Positions 40,100 through 52,300 of a stretch of DNA of 64,000 bases are shown here, piece by piece (within the stretch, counting starts at the first letter, position 1; each line of letters starts with the position of its first letter). Source of the stretch: Raillietiella orientalis (taxonomy: Eukaryota); assembly GCA_036172245.1 (NCBI GenBank), contig JAYWIR010000047.1:806001-870000 (forward strand). Direction: 5' to 3'. The notes beneath the pieces were generated by a model that saw only the letters and a list, made by a program, of their open reading frames with translations, was not told the DNA's origin and did not search any database. The position numbers were made by a program, and so were the translations under genes.

Positions 40100-41900
40100 T
40101 CCACTGTTTTCAGGTACCTGAACTCTTTATATAAATAGATGTGTGTCTTCAGTGGGTTTATTTGCTCCCCCTATATGGATTCTACAGAAGCTAGGCAGTT
40201 GTCCCACTTGAATGGCCACCTTCCCTCTCTATGAATGTGCGTATGTTCCTTTCATCGAATTTTTGTTGAATGCCATGCAAACCATACAAAGAATGCAACT
40301 GTTTAGTCACATCCTTTTGCATAGTGAGGGAGAAAGATTCAGCGCCGCTACTATGAATATGGACACCTCGTTTCGAGATGCACACAGAGGAGATACAGAC
40401 CCAATTTCATATTCCCCCAAATATCGCCAAGCCCCATCTGTGATGGTAGCAGCCCCGAAGCTACTTTTAGTCAACTTAGCAGTCTACGAGTTGGAAGTGT
40501 TTCAGATTTTCTCAAAGCAGTGAGAAATCGTAGCGAAACTTCAGATTTAGCTGCATCTGAAGATCGGTTGAAGCAGTCACTGCTTTATGACTTTAATCAA
40601 GAATGGACAAAAATTCTCCATTGCATTTAGATAACCTCGTGAAAGCTCGCATCTACGATGGAATACCTTGTTTTGTGAAGGTCATCAAAAGGTGGACATT
40701 TTGCATCTCATCATACAGATTTCCTGAATTTTCAGTAATTACGGTCTTCAACCCGTAATTGTTGTCACTGATATCTCAGTGTGTGTTTATTTCCTGCATA
40801 CTTTATTTCATTCACTTCTCCCTTTGCTCTCGTGCACCCCACGATTCTTTAGATCTCTTCTGGCTATTTGATCCTCTGAAGGTATCACCAGCAGGTTATC
40901 TGTTCGATTTCAACAACTAGTTCATTAGTTGTTATTAGTATGTTATGTAACTTATAGTTTTGAAATTTAAAAAACATCAATGAAAGCATGCCGCACTGAA
41001 AGCTCAAATACACATGCAGATCCACGAATCTCTTGGAGGTAACTTGGATTTGGAAATATGCTGTGGTTACTCTTGCCTCCAAACCAAAAGGTGCTTTCCT
41101 GACTTGGAACTGGAATGATGTGCTGCTATTCGACTGTTCGATGGCATCTCAAATTTTTGCTCCAAGCTTAGAATGCTCGATCCAATGTTTGCTTCAAGTT
41201 GCTGTGCTTCACAATCATATCTTGTTTTTGTATTTGAAATCTGATTGCCTTCAATTGAAAAGCAGTGGACCATTCAAAAACTTGCTCGATGCATCTGTTG
41301 AGCACTTCCTTCCTGTTTTGTTCACACAGAGCGTCTTCAAAAATCCCATAATTCCAGGGAATGCATTCCGAGTCAGCTTGGTCACGCACGGTCAATGATT
41401 TTCGTTCTCCGGTATCCGACAACATCCGAAAACAGGTCTCGCGAATAAGAAGCGTTATTTCTTAAGAATGACTTTATCACGCAGCCTGGTGAAATACGAC
41501 ATCTATAGAACTCATTGCTTTCCATTGCAATCTTGCATTTTCAATAATCTGTACTTTCATACTTAGGCATTCGTGTTGTTTTCGTGTTCCAAGCATTTCT
41601 GAGAGTACTTCACTAATTGTTTTGCTACCGCTTTCCAGAATCTTTGTTTTTTTGCTCAGTTGTGCATGCAAAGAAGAAGTAATTGAAGTCAATAATAGAA
41701 TATCAAGCACATAGGCTATTATTGGAAAACATACCTCTGTAGATTACAGTACACAATCAGGATACAGAAGGAAACCTCTGCTTACTTAGATGGCTTGGAT
41801 GCATTTCATATTCGTACCCACCAAAATCTTGTTCTGCATTGGTTCAAGCATACAAACAGCTGTAAGCGTTTTATTTGAATAATTTTTAAAAACAAAACAA
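40100..41900 (-). mobile_element. Degenerate RTE-like LINE (linker and RT), AT-rich
   Basis: KEVLNRCIEQVF (cf. EVL.RW.E.F), IGSSILSL...SNSRIAAH (AI..LK..G.D.I.AE), LYDEMQ..LLMTFTKQGIPS (YDSV...L...GIP), ISKRGVHIH (A.K.GL.IN). Multiple stops and frameshifts. Confidence 0.5.
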
Positions 41901-42499
41901 GAGAGAACATTACAACAAACGTGAAACTGTGCATCGAATCCTTCTTTTGCATTTCCCAAGCACATGAACTTTCTAATGCTAAGAGATAATGCTTTTTTTT
42001 TTTTTTTTTTTACAACTACGATGACCGTCCATTATTATTTGGATTAAACGACTGAACATCAAAGTGTGCGAAATCAAATGATGCAAAATCTCGGGTAATG
42101 TGATAGGGAATCCTGTCAAAGGTCAGGAAAGACACTTAGTGGAAAACGACGTCAGTTTCGCTCCAGTGGTTTCACCTGCAGGTGCTGATTAGCGGAGCAC
42201 GGTTTAAAAATCATTATCTTTAGGGGAAATCATCTCAGCTCCCGAATGAACAATAGACGTCCTAGTGATTTTCTTAAATGATTCGTACTCTTTTCCACGA
42301 TGTTTACCGGTTACACGATTTTCTGCCTAGCATGCGCTTGATAAAACAGAAGCACTCTAAAGCTTGTTATGCACGTCATCACAGAAACGAAAATGAGGAT
42401 CATATGTACGCAAATTGACCAGCAGACTCAGCATTTGTGTGTACGTTTTTTAACCTATGCAGGAGTACGTTTTTTCCTTTTTGTACTTGAAAACGAGTC

Positions 42500-43160
42500 G
42501 TCGCGGCGACGGAAGGTCATTTCCTGCATTGCACAGAAATGGGATGGGGATTCACATACGGCACCGCGTGAAAATAAGAACAGGCGTGAGGATTAAGAGG
42601 GGGGAATGTTTCAGCACGTAGGATCTTCTCTGGCCGCCTGAAAACCCAGTGAAGGCCAAAAGCAGTTTTCGTTGTGCATCCAGCAAGCACAAAAGACAAA
42701 ATCCGCTGGCTTGGAGGACGATGCAACCCACGGCCACGCAAATTCGTCAAATTGAAGGGGGAAGATTACTATTTCACTTCTTGTGTACGTGAGCTTCGAG
42801 TCGCTGAACTTTGTGATGTATTTTTGGTCTTCTCTTACCATTCACGATTTCTCAAGAACAGCAAGGTCGCTGTATATCATGCTGTCTGAATCCGCTTTGG
42901 ATTTCACGCTTCGACTTCGACTGTGTTCAAGAAGGATAACGAAGAAGTTCTGCGGCCTGCAGCCCCAGGGCAGCTGCTGCACAGTTTCCGGCACGGAAAT
43001 GGATTTATGAAAAGGATGTGCACAGGTCGTTCGCTGCATTGCACATGAGTGGAACGACGTTTCCAACATGGATGTCAGGCATTTATTAACAGACCAGGGT
43101 ATTTCTGTTAACAGACCCAAGGATCTAACATTCTCTACAAGATAATTGTTTCGTTGCAAA
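42500..43160 (-). mobile_element. Degenerate 3' fragment of an RTE-like LINE
   Basis: VENVRSLG (V..F.YLG), SISVPET...VILLEHS (IS..TK...LLYG.E) and later spacing compatible with the RTE C-terminus. Weak. Confidence 0.35.
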
Positions 43161-44875
43161 GCCGGCTCAATTGTTTATTTTGTGAATGTGTAATTGAAAT
43201 TTGATGGGACATTATTACAGGATTTAACAAGGCAGGCATAAGAAAACAAAAAAAAGAAAAAAAAATCCTGGTATTAACCTATGTAACTGATTGGCAGCTA
43301 ATTGATTTTGATACCGATTGATTTGAAGCAACTTTTGTGGTTACACAGCATATACATTCAGAACATAGTGCTATTCCATCCGTGTATTTTGAATGAAATT
43401 CACATGCTGTTTCATTCATTTTGGGGTTGTAGCAAAAAATTGCAAACAGGGAACAAAAAAACTGATAAAGTACCTAAGTAAAATCTCGTGGTTCAAACCT
43501 GAAAACTTGTTTCACATTGGAAAAATATGACAACTTGCAATGCAAAAAATTATACTTCTTAATAAGTCCAAGGCACAAGTTTGGCAAATAACTTTGTTTT
43601 GAAAGACAAAGCATTTTTGTTATAAGATCGATTTACCAATTCAATTTGCAAGTTGGTGTCAAATGCTATGAATCTAAACTTCTGCATTTTTTTCATTTCC
43701 AAATAGAGTTAAGGATGGGCACTCAAGTGCACATGTGTAAATTGGCTACAAAAACAAAAAAAAATCAAGATTGAATGACAAAGTTATTGTAACATGGGAA
43801 CCTGTTGTTATGTAGATTATTCACTCACATCCACAACAAATTAACACCAGAATCACTCCCACTTGAAAACAAAGTGAGATCTGTTCTTATCACTTTATCC
43901 AAAAGATGATATCTGAAATTAAATCAAACAATCATTTGTATGATCATTCTCTGAAGAATCCTGTTCTAGTGTCATACATTTGTCATGCCCAAGCATCCTG
44001 GTGCTGAAAGAGTAAACTTAAGATTACAATTTTCAATGAAAGAGAGAAATTCTGCAAGGAGAACACCCACAACTCACAATAACATGCTAGATCTGTCTAT
44101 GCATCACACATACTGCCTGTACACCATGTGGACACGACTGTATTGCTTTTGAAAAAAAATGTGGGAGAAATTCTGCTTTCAGGTATGATGGAGTACATGG
44201 ATTCCTTGTTTAAGAGAGATATGGAATAGACAAGACAGTATTACACATCTTTGTGTATGCATGCTCGAGATTCTGTACTTCCTTGGGCAAACATGAGATT
44301 GGCAAATAAGAAGGCAGCACCAGTGAGGTCACCTTTACATGTACAAGAACACTCAGATACAGTCTCGTCTAATTAGGGCAGCAAATATTGCCCTGATTTT
44401 TAATTTTGGATTATTATGAACTCTAAAATATGAAATGCAATGTAACATTTCTGGTAGCAAATTCAAAATTCTCCAAAGTTAGTTCATCCACATAAAAAAA
44501 TGAGTACCATGAAAGCACTAGAACACACCTCCTTTTACAACAATAACAAATGACACAAGGGCATGATCATTCATATTTATATATTCTTGTTCTTTGCGAT
44601 ATCATAAAGGAAAATATTAAAAAGAAAATATTCTCTCAAAATGAAAGTCCAAGAAGAATACATCTGTGTAAGTCTAAAAGATCATTACAACTAACAATAG
44701 AACCATTACTGAATGTAGACTGATCCATCCAAAACATCAGTTGTGAATTTGTTAATGCAGTTAATACCATGAAAAGTTTTAAGTGTTCACATGGATTTCA
44801 GGTATACTACTGTTATGCTCTGGAAAGACATACAAGAATCTGAAAGTTTTGTCAAGTGTTTGATAACTACCTTCC

Positions 44876-46711
44876 TTAGTTAGACCCAGAAGACAGCTTA
44901 CTTTCTTCAGAGACTCTAAGAAGGTCATTTTTCAGCTGAGAAAGCTTTCCATTAATATCTTTCTGGGTCTCTTCTCTTATCTGAATGACATTCATTTGAA
45001 AGGTAACAAAGGCTGGAAAGATGGTAACCTGTTGTTCCAGTTCCTCCTGATTCCGAATAATGTTTCCTGTTTCCTGGATTACAGTCACTAAAGAGTTGCA
45101 GTTAGAGTGCAGTGATTTTAGCTGCTGAACAAGTTGCTGTGATACTTTCTCATCACATTGCTAAAAAAACACTAATGGGGAGCACAAAAAAAAAATTCAT
45201 TACCTTCAGAATGCCTTCTTCAGCAGACTTATAGGAACGATACAATTTTCCTTCCAAAACGGAAATCTCTCTATGCAACTGTTTTGTTTCATCATGGATG
45301 TGTTCAATTTCACCATTTTGTTTTCTCAGTGTAGAAGCAATCTCCTGGATATGCAAATGATATTCTGCTCTGTAACATTCAATTTCCAATTTGGTGTTAA
45401 TAACTGCTATATTTACCTTGGGAAACCAGATTGCTGCTTTATGTTTTCAGCTTCTAGCTGATGTAATAGCATTTGTTTTGTGTTAATCTGGTGACAAAGT
45501 GCATCCAACTTTTCTTTTACTTCATCCTCTTCTTGCAGATTCTCTGTAAGCTTCTCTTTATACTTGCCTATTTCAAAGATTAAAGCATTCTTCCGCTGTG
45601 TCCACTGTGCTGATTGCTCTATAAGATGCTGGTTCATGCAATCAATTTCCTTTTGCAAGTCATCTGGTTCTTGCTTCACCAGCTGCAATTTCTCCTTTAG
45701 AGATGATATTACCATCTCATTTGCTTTCAGTTTTTCTCTAAACTAAAACCAAATTCCTGCATCAACTTGCATTAACAGAACACCCAAAACACCTCTAGGA
45801 GCATGGCATTAGCTTTTCTGTTTTTCTCTTCAAGTGACTGTTGCAATTTAAGTGCTGTATCCAATTGTGCTTTCAGATCTTCAACACTCGGTGTCACTAC
45901 AGTTGTTTTGGCATGTTGAGTGCTTGTACCAGTTTGTACATCAGATGTTGTATTTTCTGGCTTACAATTAAATTCTTCATTTTCACGTGAATTGCAATTG
46001 TTTTCTTCCATCTTTACTAATGATACTAACTATCTCCTGATTAGATCACTGTTCCAACAAGTGGTGTTACCTCTGCATGCAAAGAATCATTAAGATTTTC
46101 TATGCAAAAAAAACCCTGTTTTCCAAATTCTGCAGAGTCCTGTTTGCAATAATGTGGCAACCAAGGACTGTTCAGAGATTCCTTTAAAATAGAAGAAACT
46201 TGCTTCAATGTTTGTTCCCTCATTGTTAGAATTCTAAGAAAACCTGCATTCAAAAGAAGTCACTTATTCATACCCTACTCCTCTGCTTGATTGTCTTCTT
46301 TTGGCAATTTTTCAAGCAAAAAAAGAAACATGGTACGCATATCACTTGGATCAGGGTAGTATAGATTTTCGTATCCTACATTGTCAGCATAGCCTATTTT
46401 CTGAAGGTAAATTAGAATTTAATTTATAATTTTTCTAATATCTTACTTTTATTGCATCTGTTAGTTCAATAGACTGTTGTATGCGTCTACTTATTCCAGA
46501 TGGCATACTAGCTGAAAGTGAAGTGTTTGGAAGTATACAGTTCAAACAGCTAACAATTCCTTCTATGTATAACCCTGGTTTGATATCTTTCAGTTTTGCC
46601 ACTCCATTCAGCTTGCTATGATAGATAATGCACACCCAATTCTGAAGCCATCAAAACCTACCATCCAAGTTCCTTGAGACTTTGAATTATCATTTTATCT
46701 ACTTCCTCCAT
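44876..46711 (-). CDS. CCDC22: Coiled-coil domain-containing protein 22 (CCC/Commander complex), about 483 aa, nine exons
   Basis: GT-AG exons in consistent phase: 46711-46662, 46615-46447, 46400-46279, 46233-46071, 46011-45793, 45742-45417, 45369-45204, 45160-45029, 44980-44876 (1452 nt). N-terminus MEEVDKMIIQSLKELGC...IGY...VGYENLYYP...MFLFLLEKLP. C-terminus RAEYHLHIQEI..LRKQ..EI..I..ETKQL.REI..LEGKL.RSY and LHSNC..LV.VIQETG.IIR. Confidence 0.93.
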
Positions 46712-47599
46712 TGTCAATTGTATTTTAATTTCAATACTTCTAACATTTCAGTAATCAAGTTTCAGTACAGAAGTCTTTTAGGCCACATTTAGTCCACATC
46801 AACAGGCCATCAAATCCTGTAAGCAATTTGTCATTTGAAAGCATAATGCTACTCAAAGATTATTAATAATTATGGCAATCGTTCCGTGTGTTCGTATACT
46901 GAATTCACTGAAGATAATTCCAATGAGATTTCCATTTTACAACAAATAATAAAATTATTATGTAGGCAACAACCTATTCAAAATGTTACTAGCACCAATG
47001 AATGTTACATTCCTTCAACTACTTTGTCTCACTAGTACTCCCAATTTGTCTTATCTATAGGTAGCTTCTTGCATGTATGTCTCGGGGGTTATAAAAATAC
47101 TTAATCGATTACGATGTATATTCTGCGCTAAACAAACTTTACATCGAAAAGGAGAAAATTTGCAGTTCACCGGAAAAATAAAATAAAATGCGTTGGAAGA
47201 CTTTTCCCTGGGATTTTGAAGTAGGCGCTTTTTTTGGCTCAAAATTTAAGTTTAGGATACGTCGTTTAATTAACGTGTGTTTAACGGGATGTTTCCTTCG
47301 CCTTCATGCCTTCAGGGCTCGGAAAGTGTGTGACCATAACAACTGAAAATTTATGCAAGGTTAACGAATTCTATTCCTCGGGACGGAATAAAAGATACTC
47401 CTAGAAGAGCCTTTTTTTTTTTTTTTCTTTCGTTGCGTGTGCCACAATTTAGGCACATCTCGCGCGGGGTTATTTGTGGGAAGTCACCTCGAAGGTACCG
47501 TCCAGAGCGCACCTCCCCAGTGCCGTGGGCCCTCACTCCAAACGAACCACAAACTGTGTGACGTAAGAGTTCAGGGCTTGCCAGTGTGTGAAGCCGAAC

Positions 47600-48100
47600 C
47601 AACCGGTGAAATCAAAATTTAATCTGTAGCACTTTGGCAAGAGGTAAGGTCGAGATCCAACATTAGTCTTCCGCAATCTCTTGATTGGTCTGTGCATTGC
47701 TCCGGGAAGCTTCCACAGCGGGAAGGATGCTTATCTAGAGTGGTCAGTAAATAACCATAACCCAGCTGGCTGTAATGGATTTCTTTAAAAATCCAGAACA
47801 GGATCCCTCACTATGAGCGTTTCGAGAATTTCGCACTGTTACAAACTGGAGGAGTAAATAACGAACTACATGTGAAGTTTACGTTCATCTTGACCGATGA
47901 GAAACAGTTCCACATGCATGCAAGCTGTTCGAAGCTCCTGCATTCTCCTTACAATTCTCAGCACCTCCGAGCCATGCCCAAGAACAGGTAGATGCACGAA
48001 AGACAAAATAGTAGTTGGTAATAAGACATTGCTGTCTTTAGGAGAAAATAGCAGATTGGAAGAGGAAATGTGAAACAAACGTGCGTAAAAAATGCGGTCA
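47600..48100 (-). mobile_element. Degenerate 3' fragment of an RTE-like LINE
   Basis: LPTTILSFVHLPVLGHGSEVL (cf. L.TK..VY...VLPVLLYGSETW). Confidence 0.4.
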
Positions 48101-49599
48101 CAATTATCAACACGGAACGCCGATTCTGACGATCAAGTCCATTAAAAGAGAAAAAAGCAAAGTCACAAATAAAGATTCTTTTTCGAGTCGTGGAAAGGCA
48201 CGTAAAAGCCTGGAGAAAAAGTTTCGACCGTCCAGACCCAAGGTTACCTGCTTACGTCTTTTCCCCATGGAAAGGGAAAACATAAATATGTTTTTTGTCG
48301 CATCAAACAACGAGAATGAAAAAAAAAAAAAGGCGCAGTATTTTTTCTTCGTTTAGTAACTTCGTGTATGATTACGGGAAAATATTTTTTCTTGCACAAT
48401 ACATTTTCAATTTGCATCATCGTTTTTGCAATGGTATACCAAAATCTGATTGTAAAATAATGGTGCAAATTACAGTCAGTCTGGTAAATCTTGATTTTTT
48501 CGTGTGTGCACACCAGAAAAGCGGTGAAAGATTTCCAGGAATGTTTATTTATCATTTTTTTACGAATGCTTATGTGCTGTTTTTTTTGCCAGATGCAAAT
48601 GCTGATCTCTTTTAACCTCATCCCTCATTACAGGTCCACTGAAAGGAATGGAGGGAGTGAATGAATTTTGGTCAAAAAATTTTCGAGTCCTTTCGAGAAG
48701 TGGACACGATGATTATTGGAAGATTTCTTCCACCTGAACACTTCAACTTGAGCTGAAAACAGATGTCCTTTTCTGAAATGTAAACAAGATTATGTGCTTA
48801 ATGCAAATGTAAGGGATGATGGTAAGTAAAGACTACAGCTACTGATAAATAGATAATGATCAAAATGTAAATTATAAAAATTTAAATTAAATTCCATAAA
48901 CTGAAATGATTATTTTGCTGAGTCTTTTGAGAAATGGGCGCTACCACACTAAGAATTCATCGAGTTTTCTGAGTACCTAATATCTCACCATCGATGACTA
49001 ATGGAGTGACTACAGTTTTACCGATTTCCTTTTTCTTTTTGCTTTGTTCAATCATCAAAATCATTTGTGAACAGATTTTTTATACTTGTATGCATCATTC
49101 AATTAGTACCCTGCGTTTCCTTTGCGGATTACCTTATGTTATCCTCCTGAATGTGTTCGATAAAAAAAACAAAATTGACAATATCAAATGATTTTGGAAA
49201 CTGTCGCAATCTCATTTCGTGAAGTGCACGACAGAGAATTATGCTGTGATAAAGCATAGCAAGGCACCCAAAATGTTTATAACTTCAGAAAATGCATACG
49301 CACAAGACAAGTAGGACTTTCAGAATCCGTCAAGGCGCAGTCTCACTTGGAATTAACTGAAAGCAAAAACGCTTGAATTTTTTTTTTTTTTACTTATAGA
49401 AAGAAAATGCTACTTGCATTTATTTTCCATCGTGGATTCCTCCTGAAGTACGTGACAAACAAACAGTGGGCAAACTTTGCTCCAAGACACTGTGGGTTGA
49501 ATAAAATAGAGAACGATTGTGGTCGGTAAGCCTGCAATATGCTTAATGCAGAAGGCGAACAATCAAGAAAGAATGCCGTCCACGCTGATTTAGTTTTTT

Positions 49600-52300
49600 A
49601 TGCTGGCATACGAAGTAGAGCACAAACAAAAAAGGAACGCTACTCTATTACTGACTATGGCAAAAGATAAACGTTGTACATTGTTTCTCGAGTAATTATC
49701 AGACTTCGATGGCGCACCAAGATATGGTTCCAATGGGCATGTGCTCACCATTCCAATGCAGCTTCAACCCTGTCCAGAAAGCATGAATCAGAAATCTGTG
49801 TCTGAGAAACGCGAGTGGACACTCCATTCTGACCTGCCCTTCTTCTCATCCAATTTCCTGCGTACAGTGTGCAGATTCATGAACACTTGCCGGATGACAA
49901 ATTCACGGCAGTCAACACAAGGTGCATGCCTTGGCATGCAAACCATGGTCATTTGCGGTGCAGATTTGTCGTAGCCAACTGGAGGTCGTCCCTTGGCGTC
50001 GCCCACACATACACGACTTACAATAAAGGGTAGAATGTGGTAAATGTGTGTTGAAACAACTCCAAAAATCATTTGAGTGAACACATAGAAGGTGCCCATT
50101 TCTAGATTTGATTCCAATTTGAGATGCAATGTCCATTTGTAAATGAAACTGTTGGACTGAAAAATTTCATGGTCGCGACCTCGGGAAATTGCGAAATAAT
50201 TTTCATCCTGACCAAATTTCATCTTTGTCGTGCATTTGGACAACTGCGAGCCATCACCATTCCGGGGACTGCAGGACAAGCAAATTGCTCATTTTGAAGC
50301 TCACCTCGGTGAACAGATCATTGCGGCGAAAAATCATTTTTCATCTTCAACGGCTTATGCTGACTTTCGAGCGACGTAAAAGCACATAATTCCTTTAGAG
50401 ACACACACGTGACTAATTATTGGAGGAGTGAATAATCACAACGAGGCTTCGAGCGTAAATCCCTGCAGTTGCCACTGCAAGCCTTGTTGCGATTATTAGT
50501 GCCTGCACCTGTGTAGGAATAAGAAGTTGTTGCAATGCATTTCTTTATGAGCAGACTCTGTCGTTCCCGAGAGCAAGTGTTTCTTCTTGGGAATGACATA
50601 GGACCAACCCGGTCGTCTCGCGTTTCGCCCGCTTACAATGGATGGCAACCCTGGTAGGAGAGTTCCAGTGCTTGTAAAGAAGTCAGTGAATGCACGAAAA
50701 GACGTTAAGGTTCGCATTTGACGGCTGGGCTGCTCAGAAATGCACACAAAGTGTGTACTCGCACTACGCGAAAGAGTACACATGAACGAACGCCCATGGC
50801 TGTAGAATCCATATCTCCGACCATCCGCAATAAGTACAGAACCATGCATTCGTGTGACAGAAGCTCTTATTCCGAATTAGCGTTCCTTCCGGTGTACATC
50901 CGACTGGTATGTTGCAGACATGAGATCTGCGTTGCGCCGCCATTCGATTTCTTTAATGCACTGCAAACCATGAGGGGAGTTCGGAAGAACTGGGAGAGGG
51001 TGAGGCCGGCGTGTTCGTCGTGTTCCGAACACGCCGTACTTTGCGGCGATGGCCTCGGAGATCGGGGCGCGACAGAAGTGGCGACACTCTTGGAGGGCGA
51101 AAGAAACTCCAGCTGCGACGGGGGTGCTGCTTTCGCTTCCGCCTCGGCACCCCTAGTGCGGGCCCTAAAAGGTCTTCTGTAGGGGGGATACCATCCAGGT
51201 GCACACAGATCATCTTGATCTCCACATACCTTCTCTGAGTGAACCAAGAACCGGGGACTCAGCCACCTAGGCTTTCGTCCTCCAGCAGGTGGCAGCATCC
51301 GTTTGCTCGTCACACTCTTGTTGGGGACGGCCGGCTAGGAACGCACTTTGTGGGAAGTTGGGCTTCACAGCTGAACCCTGCTGAAGTCTCAAGAAACGTT
51401 GCTGAAGCGTTCCCGATGACCAGTGAGTTCGCAGACGAGCGCCTTCGTTGTCAGAGAACCACATCCCAGAGGGAGAGAGAGAGAGACAAAAAACACACGC
51501 AAAGCGAGCTCCGCCCTTCCGTACAGAACGCAGTTCCTGTCGTGCAGACTCTGACGAAAATTCGCAAACGGTGTTGCCGCCATTTCCTTTTCATCCTTTC
51601 GCGAGTGGACTCTTCTTTGCAGAGGGATGCATATCCGGTATCGTCATATCCGGCATAAAACGGGTACTCACTGGGAGACCCGAGCACCTCCGGAAATGCT
51701 GGTTCTTTCCAGCGTTTTCGGCATCGCGAGGCTGCTGCAGTTCTTCGCTACGAGAGGACGCGATGCGAGGAAGCTTCCAGTGTGGGCTGCAGTGGCTACG
51801 AGCTGCCTCCGCGATCGCCATCCTTTTGCGCAGGGATGTATGAAAGACTGTGGGCAGGCAACTCCGTGTGGAAGGCATTCCTGCGGGAGCCAGCGCCATT
51901 TCATTTGGAGGACGGGGGGGGAGAGGCGACCAGCAGCTCAAGCTGCGAAGGGGAAAGAGTAAGCGGAAGGAGGAGAGCAGGTTCATCGTCGCGGGGAGCC
52001 GACTTTGTGGCGCCTTGCGGATGACGAGTGTGGCATCCTTTTCTGTTTAAGGAGGAGCCACCAGACTTTGAAGGTGGCTCTGTACCGCTGCTGGTTCCGC
52101 TCCTGCACGATACGATGCCGTGGTGTGAATGACATCCAAGACGCCGAGGTCTCTGCAGCTGGAGCCCTTGGCAGGGAATCGTCGAGAGTCTTCCGGGTCT
52201 CAGGAGACGCTCTTCGAGAGCCTCCGCCTACCAAGAGGAAGTGCGTCCACAACCCATCCACAGATGCGGAAAGGATTCTGCTCTTTCAGCATGCAGAGGG
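49600..52300 (-). mobile_element. Degenerate RTE-like LINE (C-terminal endonuclease, linker, RT)
   Basis: LTLSQFF...SRMYTGRNA, YGFYSHGRS...CISEQ...LTSFRAF (cf. Q.GFR.GRS...C.EQ...DL.KAF), GELQ, DIASQIGIKSR (DI..RIGKAR), in RT order. Confidence 0.45.

Noticed and set aside
40100..41900. Exon-like AT-rich ORFs suggesting an unknown spliced gene
   Set aside because: I could not build a phase-consistent gene model, and the peptides line up with RTE linker/RT motifs.
43200..44870. Possible snoRNA or extra gene downstream of CCDC22
   Set aside because: No convincing C/D or H/ACA box pairs or exon chain. More likely UTR or intergenic DNA.
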